Source of the DNA: Opitutia bacterium
GTDB taxonomy: Bacteria; Verrucomicrobiota; Verrucomicrobiia; Opitutales; Opitutaceae
Assembly (NCBI GenBank): GCA_947478395.1
Contig: CANJVR010000001.1
Coordinates: 544,001 to 608,000, forward strand
Direction of reading: 5' to 3'
Length of the DNA: 64,000 nt
Shown here: one piece after another, positions 21,022-30,740 of the stretch
How the letters are laid out: every line of letters begins with the position of its first letter
Numbering within the stretch: position 1 is the stretch's first letter
Position numbers and translations under genes: made by a program
Notes under the pieces: generated by a model
Told to the model about the DNA's origin: nothing
Database searches by the model: none
The model's input: only the letters and a program-made list of their open reading frames with translations

Positions 21022-22794
21022 ATGAAATCATCTCTCATTCTCCTCCTTGCCTTGATCGCTCTCCCCTTGGGTGCGCGTGCCGCCGAATACGATGTCCGCG
21101 CCTACGGCGCCACCGGCAACGGCAAAACCATCGACAGTCCCGCCATCAATAAAGCCATCGAGGCCGCCGCGGCCGCCGGCGGTGGCGTCGTGCGCTTTCC
21201 CGCCGGCACCTACCTGAGCTTTTCGATCCGGTTGAAGAGCCACGTTACGCTGCACCTTGAGCCCGGCTCGGTGATTGAAGCGGCCACGGCCTCGCCCGAA
21301 TTAGGAAACTATGATCCGGCGGAGCCGAACGAATGGGGCGATAAACAATATCAGGACTACGGTCACAGCCATTTTCACAACAGCCTGATCTGGGGCGAAA
21401 ATTTGGACGACATCGCGATCACCGGCTCGGGCCGTATTTTCGGTAAAGGTCTAGCGCGCGCCAACGGTGGCGGCGGCGCCCGGCGCGGTGCCGGCGGCGC
21501 TGCCGGCGGACCCAACGGCACGCTCGATCCGGCCGGCCCCAACGGCACGCTTCCTCCCGGTACAGCCCCAGCGGCACCCGCGGCGGCGGCAGCCGGTGCT
21601 CCTCCTGCGGGCGGGGCTCGCGCGGGCGGCGGCGGCGGTTTCGGCGGTCCCCCGGGCGGCGGCAACAAATCGATCGCGCTGAAAAACTGCCGCAACGTCA
21701 CGCTGCGCGATTTCGCGATTCTCCAAGGCGGCTGGTTCGCCCTGCTCGCGACCGGCGTCGACAACTTCACGATCGATAACGTCAAGGTCGACACCAACCG
21801 CGACGGCTTCGACCTCGATGGGTGCCGCAATCTCCGCATCTCCAACTGCAGCGTCAACGCGATCAACGACGACGCCATCGTGCTCAAGAGTTCCTACGCA
21901 CTCGGCGAACTGCGCGCGTGCGAAAACATCACGATCACCGGCTGCCAAGTCAGCGGCTTCGATCCCGGCACGTTCCTCGACGGCACCTACCAGACGACGC
22001 AGGCCCTCGCCAGCGATCGCGACGGCCCAACCGGCCGCATTAAGTTCGGCACCGAGTCGAACGCTGGATTCAAAAATATCACGATCTCCAACTGCGTCTT
22101 CATCCGCAGCCGCGGCATCGCAATCGAGAGCGTCGACGGCGCGATCATCGAGGACGTCTCGATCTCGAATATCACGATGCGCGACGTCTCGAACGCCGCG
22201 ATTTTCCTCCGTCTCGGCAACCGCGCCCGCGGACCCGAGGGCACGCCGGTCGGCGCCATCCGTCGCGTTTCTATCAGTCACGTCACGGCCTCCAACGTCG
22301 ATGCGCGTTACCCGATCATCATCGCCGGCCTGCCCGGCCACCCGATCGAGGACGTGCGCATCAGCGACGTTCGCGTCGTTTCGCGCGGCGGACTCACGCT
22401 CGACGATGCGGCGAAACAACCCGCCGACCTCGTGAACACGTTTTTTCTGCGCGGCGCCGGTCTGGCGGGTCCGCGCGATCCGTTCAATCCACCCGAGCAG
22501 GAAAAAGGTTACCCTGAACCTTCGATGTTCGGCCTGCTGCCGGGCTACGGGCTCTATGTCCGCCACGCCGCGCGACTCAGTTTCCGCGACATCGAATTTG
22601 GTTTTGTGAAAGACGACACCCGACCCGCCATCGTGCTCGACGACGTGGCCGGCGTGGAATTCGACCACGTGAAAGCGCAGCGCGCCGGCGGCGCGAAATT
22701 CTTCGTACTGCGCAACGTGAAGGATTTCACGACTCGCGCCGTCGCGGGCGTTCCCGACCAGCAGAAAGCCAGCGCCGAAAACAAATCGCTCTGA
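21022..22794 (+). CDS. Glycoside hydrolase family 28 (polygalacturonase/rhamnogalacturonase-like)
   Basis: YDVRAYGATGNG, NRDGFD, DDAIVLKS, RIKFGTES; beta-helix repeats; signal peptide. Confidence 0.85.
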   Translation: MKSSLILLLALIALPLGARAAEYDVRAYGATGNGKTIDSPAINKAIEAAAAAGGGVVRFPAGTYLSFSIRLKSHVTLHLEPGSVIEAATASPELGNYDPAEPNEWGDKQYQDYGHSHFHNSLIWGENLDDIAITGSGRIFGKGLARANGGGGARRGAGGAAGGPNGTLDPAGPNGTLPPGTAPAAPAAAAAGAPPAGGARAGGGGGFGGPPGGGNKSIALKNCRNVTLRDFAILQGGWFALLATGVDNFTIDNVKVDTNRDGFDLDGCRNLRISNCSVNAINDDAIVLKSSYALGELRACENITITGCQVSGFDPGTFLDGTYQTTQALASDRDGPTGRIKFGTESNAGFKNITISNCVFIRSRGIAIESVDGAIIEDVSISNITMRDVSNAAIFLRLGNRARGPEGTPVGAIRRVSISHVTASNVDARYPIIIAGLPGHPIEDVRISDVRVVSRGGLTLDDAAKQPADLVNTFFLRGAGLAGPRDPFNPPEQEKGYPEPSMFGLLPGYGLYVRHAARLSFRDIEFGFVKDDTRPAIVLDDVAGVEFDHVKAQRAGGAKFFVLRNVKDFTTRAVAGVPDQQKASAENKSL

Positions 22795-22803
22795 AGATCG
22801 TAA

Positions 22804-22939
22804 CGCGGTTGAACCCAAAGCGCAGCCGCTAACGCCGTAGCGGCAGGCGTCCCTGCCTGCCGGTTTCGGTGTCCTCGTGTCGGCCGGCAGGGTCGCCTGC
22901 CGCTCCACAAAACGGCCACGGGAAAACCTAAACCGCTCT
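22804..22939 (+). mobile_element. MITE-like element containing a GTAG-REP doublet (family A, full copy)
   Basis: Left end CGCGGTTGAACCCAAAGCGCAGCCG, internal GTAGCGGCAGGCGTCCCTGCCTGCCG...CAGGGTCGCCTGCCGCT, right end AAACGGCCACGGGAAAACCTAAACCGCTCTA. Confidence 0.65.
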
Positions 22940-23103
22940 AACCGGCGGTTGGAAAGAAATGGACGCGGGTGAGGGCACACCGCCCACAAAGTCGGACGGT
23001 TTTAAACGGTCGCATGGACGAGGCTTCACGCGATCCCGATTGGACCGTTCGGACTTATATCCCTCGCGCCCGCAACGGAAGTGCGTCTCGTTTTCTCATC
23101 CCC

Positions 23104-24459
23104 ATGTCCTCACTCCCCTCCTCTCCGCTGCTTGCGGCCCGCGCGATGTGTGCCGTCGGCACGTTCGTCGCGCTCTCCACCTTTTCGTTGTCGGCGGCGA
23201 ATTCTTCGCCCAACTGGAAATTCGATTTCGGCACCGCTAACGCTGCACCCGGTTACAGCGCCGTGACGCCCGCCGAAACCTATTCCGCCGAACGCGGCTT
23301 CGGCTTCGAGCCCGGCAGCGGTGCGCTCGTCGCCACCGACCGCGGCGGCAAGGATCCGCTCACGGGCGATTTCATCACCAGCAACCAGGCATTTTTCTTT
23401 TCGGCCAATGTCCCCGAGGGTAACTACCGCGTCCGCGTTACGCTCGGCGACAGCGCCGGCGAATCCACCACGACGATCAAGGCGGAACTCCGCCGCCTGA
23501 TGGTCGAGCACGCCACGACGAAATCCGGCAAATTCGAAACCGTGGAATTCATCGTCAACACCCGCTCACCGAAAATCACGGCCGTCGGCGACATCAAGGA
23601 AGCCGTCGTCAACCTAAAGGCCCCGCGCGAGAGCGAGCAGGAAGCCTGGGCTTGGGACGACAAAATCACCCTTGAGTTCAACGACAGTCATCCCGCGATC
23701 TGCGCCGTGGAGATTACCCGCGTCGACGTCCCGACGATCTACGTGCTCGGCGATTCCACCGTGTGCGACCAGTCGAAAGAGCCGTTCGCCAGCTGGGGCC
23801 AGATGCTCCCGCGGTTTTTCCAGCCGGTCGTCGCGATTTCGAATCACGGCGAATCGGGTGAAACGTATTCGTCGTCCCTCGGACGCCGCCGCATCGACAA
23901 AATCGTCAGCACGCTCAAGCCCGGCGAAGTCGTCCTCATGCAGTTCGGCCACAACGACCAAAAGGAAAAAGGCGAAGGCAAGGGCCCGTTCCTGCACTAC
24001 AAGGACAACATCAAGAAGCACGTCGCGATGATCCGCGCCCGCGGCGGCGTTCCCGTGATCGTATCGCCGATGGAACGACGCGCCTTCGACGACGCCGGCA
24101 AAGTCCGCCGTTCGCTCTCCGATTTCGCCGAGGGCGCCCGCCAGGCCGCGAAGGAAATCGATGCGCCATTCATCGACCTCAACGCCATGAGCGTGCCGTT
24201 CTACGAATTCCTCGAGGCGAAAGGAAAAGACGTTTCACGCCAGGCGTTCGCCGGCCAGGACAACACGCACCACAACAACTACGGTTCCTATGAACTCGCG
24301 AAAGCGATCGCCCAAGGCCTGCGCGAGGCCAAGGTCGACGTTGCGAAATATCTGCGGCCCGACTTCACGGGCTTCGACCCGCGTCATCCGGATCCGTTGG
24401 AAACGTTCGCGCTTCCCGCCACGCCGGGACGCCAAGGCCCGCGCCCCTTGGGGGAGTGA
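23104..24459 (+). CDS. Rhamnogalacturonan acetylesterase (CE12-like SGNH) with N-terminal beta-sandwich
   Basis: KFDFG...YSAERGFGF, LGDSTV, SWGQML, QFGHND, DNTHHNNYG. Confidence 0.85.
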   Translation: MSSLPSSPLLAARAMCAVGTFVALSTFSLSAANSSPNWKFDFGTANAAPGYSAVTPAETYSAERGFGFEPGSGALVATDRGGKDPLTGDFITSNQAFFFSANVPEGNYRVRVTLGDSAGESTTTIKAELRRLMVEHATTKSGKFETVEFIVNTRSPKITAVGDIKEAVVNLKAPRESEQEAWAWDDKITLEFNDSHPAICAVEITRVDVPTIYVLGDSTVCDQSKEPFASWGQMLPRFFQPVVAISNHGESGETYSSSLGRRRIDKIVSTLKPGEVVLMQFGHNDQKEKGEGKGPFLHYKDNIKKHVAMIRARGGVPVIVSPMERRAFDDAGKVRRSLSDFAEGARQAAKEIDAPFIDLNAMSVPFYEFLEAKGKDVSRQAFAGQDNTHHNNYGSYELAKAIAQGLREAKVDVAKYLRPDFTGFDPRHPDPLETFALPATPGRQGPRPLGE

Positions 24460-24484
24460 GCGAGTTCGAATTTTTTACCTGCCT

Positions 24485-24544
24485 TAGCGCGCGGCTTTAG
24501 CCCGCGGTTTGCCTCCCGCAACGCGGGCTGAATCTTCGCGCTAC
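24485..24544. repeat. REP-like inverted pair (GTAGCGCG family)
   Basis: TAGCGCGCGGCTTTAGCCCGCG...CGCGGGCTGAATCTTCGCGCTAC. Confidence 0.55.
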
Positions 24545-24858
24545 TTCTCAGCGGTCAGCTTGAGCAGGTCACGCAAGGCCATCCCATCCGCGCCGCGGAG
24601 ACGTTCAGGAGGAAAGCGAATTCGGCGGCAAAGGCCCGTAGCACTGGTGAGTAACAACGCCACCAGCGAGGGATCCGCTTCACGGGACCCGAAGCAAGGG
24701 GATTGATCCCACGCGCCGGTTACGCGCCAAGCGGCGAAGGCAGCAACAGAGCGCTGGCTTCCCGCCGGCGCACGGTTGAATATTCGCACCAGTCCGCTTC
24801 TCATCGCCTCTTTCACCCTCGTCACTCCGGTCCTTTCTGTCTTCCGGTTTTCTTGCCC

Positions 24859-26487
24859 ATGATCGCCCTTATTCGCTGTTGGCCCGCCGCCATTTTCGCT
24901 ATCGCCGCCTGCGCCGTGACGCTCTCGGCTCAAACTCCGGCCGCGCCCAATCTCCTGGCCTCGGGCGGCAACTCCGCCGGCTTCGACATGGCGCCGGAAA
25001 CGCGGCTGGCCGTCGTTGAGGCCGCGGTCGCGCAGATTCCTTCCCAGATTCCCGCGGGACCATTCGAGCCGACGTGGGATTCGCTGAAGAAGAATTATCA
25101 CGTGCCCGCCTGGTTCTATGAGGCGAAGTTCGGCCTCTTCATGCACTGGGGCGTCTATTCGGTCCCCGCGCACCACAACGAATGGTACGAAAAACACATG
25201 TACGGCGCGGACCGCGCGTGGCACGTCGAGCATTTCGGCTCGCAGGAAAAATTCGGCTACAAGGATTTCATTCCGCTCTTCACGCAGGAAAAATTCGATC
25301 CCAACGCCTGGGCCGAGCTGTTCAAAAAAGCCGGCGCGCGCTTCGTCGTTCCCACCGCGCAACATCACGACAACTTCGCGCTATGGGACAGCCAGGTCAC
25401 ACCGTTCAACGCGAAACAGATGGGCCCGAAACGCGATCTCATTGGCGATCTCGCGCAAGCCGTCCGGGCGCGCGGGATGAAATTCGGCGTTTCCAATCAC
25501 GGCATTGAAAATTTCCAGTTCATCAATCCGCCGAAGGACCTCGCGGACCTGCTGAAGGCGAAACAGGCCGATCTCTATGATCCGAAGTGGGCCGACTTTT
25601 ATCACGTGGCCGATCGCAGCGACGCCGCGTGCGAAAAATTCCTCGTCGACTGGTACGCACGCAACGTGGAGCTGATCGAAAAATATCGGCCCGACATGCT
25701 GTGGTTCGACAACGGCGTCGACCAGCGCTACCTCGATCCGCTTAAGCTCCGCATCGCCGCGTACTATTATAACCGCGCCGCCGAATGGGGGCAGGCGGTC
25801 TCGATCAGCACCAAGAAGGCCGCCTACGCGCCCGGCGGGGACAACGTCGCGACCATCGGCTCGATCATCGATTTCGAAAAGATTGGCGCCCGCTCCCCCG
25901 CCGGCATCCGCCCCGGCGCGTGGCAGGTCGACCACCCGATCGGCACGACCTGGGGCTACACGAGCGACATGAAGATCTCGAGCGCCGCCTCCATCGTCGC
26001 CGCGCTCGTCGACACCGTGAGTCGCAATGGCGTGTTTCTCCTCAACCTTTCGCCTAAGGCCGACGGCACCATTCCGCAGGAACAACAGGACACGTTGCTC
26101 GGCGTCGGCGCCTGGCTCGGCGTCAATGGCGAGGCTATTTACGGCACCCACAACTGGACCACCTTCGGCGTCGGCGGCGGGCGCGGCGATAAGGGCCCGC
26201 ACGTGCGCTTCACCGTGAAAGGCGAGTCGCTCTACGCGATCGTCATCGGCACCTACCCGACGGAGGAAATCACACTCACGTCCCTGGCCGAGTCGGCCGC
26301 GCTCGAAGGACGGATCACCGGCGTCACGTTGCTCGGCAGCAGCGAGCGGGTCGACTATCGCTCCACCCCAGACGGACTGAACGTAAAATTCCCCGTGGCA
26401 GCGCCCTGCAATTACGCTTACACCCTCAAGATCGACGGTCTGAAAATGAACGCGTCGACCAACACCCCCGACGGTAATCCGCTTTGA
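24859..26487 (+). CDS. Alpha-L-fucosidase (GH29)
   Basis: WFYEAKFGLFMHWGVYSVP, AQHHDNFALW, PDMLWFD, VSRNGVFLLN, NGEAIYGT. Confidence 0.92.
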   Translation: MIALIRCWPAAIFAIAACAVTLSAQTPAAPNLLASGGNSAGFDMAPETRLAVVEAAVAQIPSQIPAGPFEPTWDSLKKNYHVPAWFYEAKFGLFMHWGVYSVPAHHNEWYEKHMYGADRAWHVEHFGSQEKFGYKDFIPLFTQEKFDPNAWAELFKKAGARFVVPTAQHHDNFALWDSQVTPFNAKQMGPKRDLIGDLAQAVRARGMKFGVSNHGIENFQFINPPKDLADLLKAKQADLYDPKWADFYHVADRSDAACEKFLVDWYARNVELIEKYRPDMLWFDNGVDQRYLDPLKLRIAAYYYNRAAEWGQAVSISTKKAAYAPGGDNVATIGSIIDFEKIGARSPAGIRPGAWQVDHPIGTTWGYTSDMKISSAASIVAALVDTVSRNGVFLLNLSPKADGTIPQEQQDTLLGVGAWLGVNGEAIYGTHNWTTFGVGGGRGDKGPHVRFTVKGESLYAIVIGTYPTEEITLTSLAESAALEGRITGVTLLGSSERVDYRSTPDGLNVKFPVAAPCNYAYTLKIDGLKMNASTNTPDGNPL

Positions 26488-26492
26488 TTCCC

Positions 26493-27392
26493 ATGAAACT
26501 CGCCCACCTCGTTCCGCTGTTCGCCGCGCTGTTTGCGCTTTCCGCCCACGCTCAAACGGCCCCGGCTGAAAAAGCCCCCGATCTCGCCGCCAACCCCGCG
26601 CCCGTCCGCGGTATGATCAACCCGGCGCTGCCATCGATTTTTGTCGCGGGGGATTCCACCGCGGCCAAGGGCAAGGGCGAAACCCAACAAGGCTGGGCCG
26701 TGCCGTTCGCCGATTATTTCGACTCGGCGAAAGCGAATGTGCTCAACCGCGCGCGCGGTGGCGCCAGCACGCGCACGTTCATCGCCTTGGGCTTGTGGGA
26801 CCAGATCCTTGCCGATCTAAAAAAAGACGACGTCGTCCTGATCCAGTTCGGGCACAACGACGGCAGCCCGGTCAACGAGGCCGAGTCCGTCCCGGTCTCG
26901 GCCCGTCGCTCTCGCGGTACGATTCCCGGCCTCGGCGAGGAAACCCAGGAAATCGACAACATCATCACGAAGAAGCACGAGACCATTCACACGTTCGGCT
27001 GGTATATGCGTAAGATGATCGCCGACGTGCAGGCCAAGGGCGCGAAGCCGATCGTGATTTCTCTCACCGCCCGCAACATCTGGAGCGCCGACGGCCGTAT
27101 CGAGCGTGGCTCCGGCCGTTACAGTCAATGGTCGTACGATATCGCGAAAGCCGCGCACGTGCCGTTCATCGACCTCACGACCATGATGGCGGATAAATTC
27201 GACGCGATGGGCGCGGAGAAAACCAAGGCACTCTATCCCCAGGATCACACGCACTTCAACGCCGTCGGCGCCGACCTGCACGCCGCCGCCGTCGTTGCCG
27301 GTCTTAAAACCGTTCAGCCCAATCCCATCTCGAAGCTTCTTTCCGCCCAAGGCGAAGCCTTGACGCCGGCGCCAGTCGCGACCGCGAAGTAG
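26493..27392 (+). CDS. Rhamnogalacturonan acetylesterase-like SGNH hydrolase
   Basis: AGDST, GWA, NRARGGASTRTF, IQFGHND, DHTHFN. Confidence 0.88.
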   Translation: MKLAHLVPLFAALFALSAHAQTAPAEKAPDLAANPAPVRGMINPALPSIFVAGDSTAAKGKGETQQGWAVPFADYFDSAKANVLNRARGGASTRTFIALGLWDQILADLKKDDVVLIQFGHNDGSPVNEAESVPVSARRSRGTIPGLGEETQEIDNIITKKHETIHTFGWYMRKMIADVQAKGAKPIVISLTARNIWSADGRIERGSGRYSQWSYDIAKAAHVPFIDLTTMMADKFDAMGAEKTKALYPQDHTHFNAVGADLHAAAVVAGLKTVQPNPISKLLSAQGEALTPAPVATAK

Positions 27393-27485
27393 GTCGGTTT
27401 TCCGACCTAACGGCTTGGGAAACGCTCGAACTCGAGCGGCAAATCACCCGCGGCTTACAGACGGCAGGTCAAAGACCCGACCTAC
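27389..27485. repeat. GTAG-REP inverted pair (GTAGGTCGG family)
   Basis: GTAGGTCGG at 27389 and CCGACCTAC at 27477-27485; the right unit reads GTAGGTCGGGTCTTTGACCTGCC on the minus strand. Confidence 0.6.
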
Positions 27486-27599
27486 ACCAGCCACCTGTGG
27501 CACGGGTTCCCGCACGTGTCAGAACAGGAAGCCACCTGCGACGCCATCGGCGGGTTGCAGGCACCCGCCGGCACCCAAAAATCGGGTGGACCCGACCGT

Positions 27600-29129
27600 T
27601 CACTTCTTCCCGTGCGCCGCGAAGAAATCGAAGGCGTCGGCCACCGCAACCGACGGCGCCGTGTCATGCGTGGCACCGGGATAGATCTTCACCGTCGCAT
27701 CCACCCCTTTTCCCTTCAGCGCTTCACCGATCGCCTTGGTCGCGCCGGCCACGCCATCTTCGCTACCGGCGTAAACCATCATCGGAATTTTCTTCACCCT
27801 CTCGACGTCATAGTACGCCCCAACCGCCGCGTTTGAACCGCCGATCGCCACCGCCGCCCAGTAGTCCGCATATTTCTGCGCAAAGTAGTGACCACCCTGC
27901 CCGCCCGCGGAATAGCCGAAGAGAAATATCCGCTTCGAATCGATCGGATACTCGGCCTTGATGAGATCAAACACGTGCATCGCGTCCTGCTCGCTCCACT
28001 CGGAACGCACCAACATCGGAGTTGTCGAGCCGTTCACTCCGCCAAATCCGCCGCCCGCACCCAAACCGCCGCGTCCGCCGCCACCTGGCGCCGCCGCCGG
28101 AGTCGGACCAAATTGCTGCGGCGCAGCCATCGACGCAGCCATTCCGCGCGCACCGCGCTCCCGGTTAAAAGGAACGTAGTTAAAGCCGCCGTTCGGCCAG
28201 TAAGCCAAAGGAGCCACCATCATGAAGCCGTGTTTTTCCGCCGTCTGCGGGATGACGCGGCCGTCGCGGTCGAAATAGAAATCCTGATCGCGACTGTTCC
28301 CGTGCAAAACAAAGACCAGCGGCAGCGCCGTTTTTCCGTCCCAGTTTGCGGGAACATAAACCCGATACGGCAGAATCTCGTCGGCCTCTTTCATGTGGTA
28401 ATGCCGCACCAAATCTCCGCCCGCGCGAACCACCGGATCCTTCCCCGCTTCCAACGCCGCAAGCAGCTCCGCCGATCGCTTCAGCCCGGCACTAAAATCA
28501 TAAAGCTTCTGCACCCCGGCCTGCGTGAGTCCGAACTCCGGCGCGCCGTTGGCCGAGCCGTACACGCGTTTTCCAAGGTTGATCACGCGCGCGAGGTCGA
28601 ACGGATAAAGCACACTCGCCTTCGCACTCTCGTGCCCCGTGATTTTTGCGAGCCGCTGGGTGAAACTGATCTGCTTCTCCTCAAGACCGGCAACGAGCAC
28701 GACGTGCCGCTCCAACTTCGCGATGATCGCATCGCCGTCGAACAGTTCCGCCACGTAGCGGTAGAATCCATCGGGCGCGCTGCGGAGGTCTGCCATGAAT
28801 GGCACCGGCGTCACCGCCAGATTTCCCCCGTAAATCGTAAACGTGCCGAGTTCCTGCACCGGCTTCGGCTCACCGTCCCACGACGCGAGCGCGACCTTGA
28901 GGCGCAGCGCGCCCTTCGACGTGTAGGCCACCGGGCTCGTCTGTGTAAGCCAGCCGAACATCGGACGCGTGGAATCAGCCACCATCCGATCGGTGCGCAA
29001 CGCGAGCGAAGCCGCAAAGTCAGGCGCAACCGACCCAGGCACCGCACGCGCCGCCGGCTGCGCGCCCGCGAAAGGCGTGGCGAATCCGCAGAGCGCAGCG
29101 CAAAGACCAATCAGTTTAAGTCGTTTCAT
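27600..29129 (-). CDS. Secreted alpha/beta-hydrolase (esterase/peptidase-like) with N-terminal extension
   Basis: YRVYVPANWDG...VLHG, nucleophile elbow GYSAGG, GSED, ATHD; signal peptide from ATG 29129. Confidence 0.75.
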   Translation of the reverse strand: MKRLKLIGLCAALCGFATPFAGAQPAARAVPGSVAPDFAASLALRTDRMVADSTRPMFGWLTQTSPVAYTSKGALRLKVALASWDGEPKPVQELGTFTIYGGNLAVTPVPFMADLRSAPDGFYRYVAELFDGDAIIAKLERHVVLVAGLEEKQISFTQRLAKITGHESAKASVLYPFDLARVINLGKRVYGSANGAPEFGLTQAGVQKLYDFSAGLKRSAELLAALEAGKDPVVRAGGDLVRHYHMKEADEILPYRVYVPANWDGKTALPLVFVLHGNSRDQDFYFDRDGRVIPQTAEKHGFMMVAPLAYWPNGGFNYVPFNRERGARGMAASMAAPQQFGPTPAAAPGGGGRGGLGAGGGFGGVNGSTTPMLVRSEWSEQDAMHVFDLIKAEYPIDSKRIFLFGYSAGGQGGHYFAQKYADYWAAVAIGGSNAAVGAYYDVERVKKIPMMVYAGSEDGVAGATKAIGEALKGKGVDATVKIYPGATHDTAPSVAVADAFDFFAAHGKK

Positions 29130-29381
29130 TGGGGTGATCGTGGAGATGGGATTTAAAATAGGGCAGATATCCGACCTGCCTCCGACTCCGCTGCCATCGT
29201 GAACAAAGCAAAGAGTCCACTGCAGCGGCGTCTCACTTTGTCGCACCCACTCACTGAATTCTTCGCCACCCTCAGAATAACCACAGGAGAGTGTCGGGGT
29301 TGGAGGTTAGGAAGGGTTTTCGGCAAAACGGTTTGATCTGGCTTTTCCGAACGGAGGCCGCCCGCGAGCAGGCTACCTCCT

Positions 29382-30740
29382 TCAGACCTCCAATTTGCCG
29401 GTGCTGTCGCCGAGCTTGTCCGCGCGGACATTCATGCGATCGAGCAGGCCGAGGTAGAGATTCGTGATCGGGGTATTCTCGGCCACGCGCACATGCCGTC
29501 CGCCCTTGAGCGTGCCGTTACCTCCGCCGGCCACGAGCACCGGAAGATTTTCGTGCGTGTGCCGGTTGCTGTCCGAGATACCGCAGCCGTAAACGATCAT
29601 CGAGTGATCGAGCAAGGTGCCATCGCCGTCCTTCGTCGTGCGCAGCCGATTCAGGAAATGCGCGAACAACTCCATGTGGTAGGTGTTGATCTTGGTCAGC
29701 TTCGCCAGCGACTCCGCCCGGTTCTGGTGATGCGAGAGGGCATGATGTGGATCCGCCACGCCAATCTGCTCATACGTGCGGACACTGCCTTCGCGGCCGA
29801 CGACCATCGTCGCAACGCGCGTGAGATCCGCCTGAAACGCCAGCGCCTGCAAATCGTACATCAGCCGCGCGTGTTCGCTGAAATCCGAAGGCACGCCCGA
29901 GGGCTTGTTGAAATCGGGTGTGGCGACGGGCGTGCGTGCCTCCGCTTGCTCGATCCGTTTTTCGAGATCGCGGATGGTCGTGAGATATTCGTCGAGCTTG
30001 TGGCGATCCGCCGGCCCCACTTGTCCGAGCAGCCGGCGGGTTTCCTCGCGAGCGCTGTCGAGGATGCTCTTCCGGTAATTGGCGCGGCGCATCCGCGTTT
30101 CGGCACTCACGCTCGGATCGAAATCCCCGAACAGCCGCTCGAACAACAACCGCGGATTCGTCTCCGGCGGCAACGGCGTGGAAGGTCCGCGCCACGCGAT
30201 GCTATTCGTGTAAGCACAGCTGTAACCCGAGTCGCAGTGGCCGACGACACGGTTGTCGTCGAGGCCCAGCTCCAGCGAGGGAAAGCGCGTCGTCTGGCCG
30301 ATCTGCTCCGCCGCGACCTGATCAACTGAGATGCCGGCGAACAGATCCGTGCCGCCGGTTTTCTTCGGATGACTTCCCGTGAGAAAACTCGCGCCCGCGC
30401 GCGCGTGATCGCCACCGCCATCGCCGAGCGCGTTAGCCTGATGATTGATCAACCCCGAAATCACCATGCTCTGTTCGCGAAAAGCCTCGATCGGTTTCAG
30501 GATGCTCGGCATCTCGAACGCCGCTCCCTCCACCGCCGGCGTCCAATGATCCATCACGATTCCATTCGGCACATAGAAATACGCCATGCGAAGCGGCGCG
30601 GCTTTCGCCGCCGCCGCCGCCAGTTTAGAGGCCTGCCCGAACGCTGTCGGGATCATCGAGTCGAGCATCGGGACCGCAATTGCCGCGCCGAGACCGCGGA
30701 TAAAGTGACGCCGCGGAATGTGTTTGCCGGTGAGAATCAT
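29382..30740 (-). CDS. DUF1552 (HXXSHH) protein with Tat-like N-terminus
   Basis: IPRRHFIRG, YVPNG, GDHAR, ISVDQ, CDSGYSCAY, HHALSHH, GTLLDHS. Confidence 0.9.
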   Translation of the reverse strand: MILTGKHIPRRHFIRGLGAAIAVPMLDSMIPTAFGQASKLAAAAAKAAPLRMAYFYVPNGIVMDHWTPAVEGAAFEMPSILKPIEAFREQSMVISGLINHQANALGDGGGDHARAGASFLTGSHPKKTGGTDLFAGISVDQVAAEQIGQTTRFPSLELGLDDNRVVGHCDSGYSCAYTNSIAWRGPSTPLPPETNPRLLFERLFGDFDPSVSAETRMRRANYRKSILDSAREETRRLLGQVGPADRHKLDEYLTTIRDLEKRIEQAEARTPVATPDFNKPSGVPSDFSEHARLMYDLQALAFQADLTRVATMVVGREGSVRTYEQIGVADPHHALSHHQNRAESLAKLTKINTYHMELFAHFLNRLRTTKDGDGTLLDHSMIVYGCGISDSNRHTHENLPVLVAGGGNGTLKGGRHVRVAENTPITNLYLGLLDRMNVRADKLGDSTGKLEV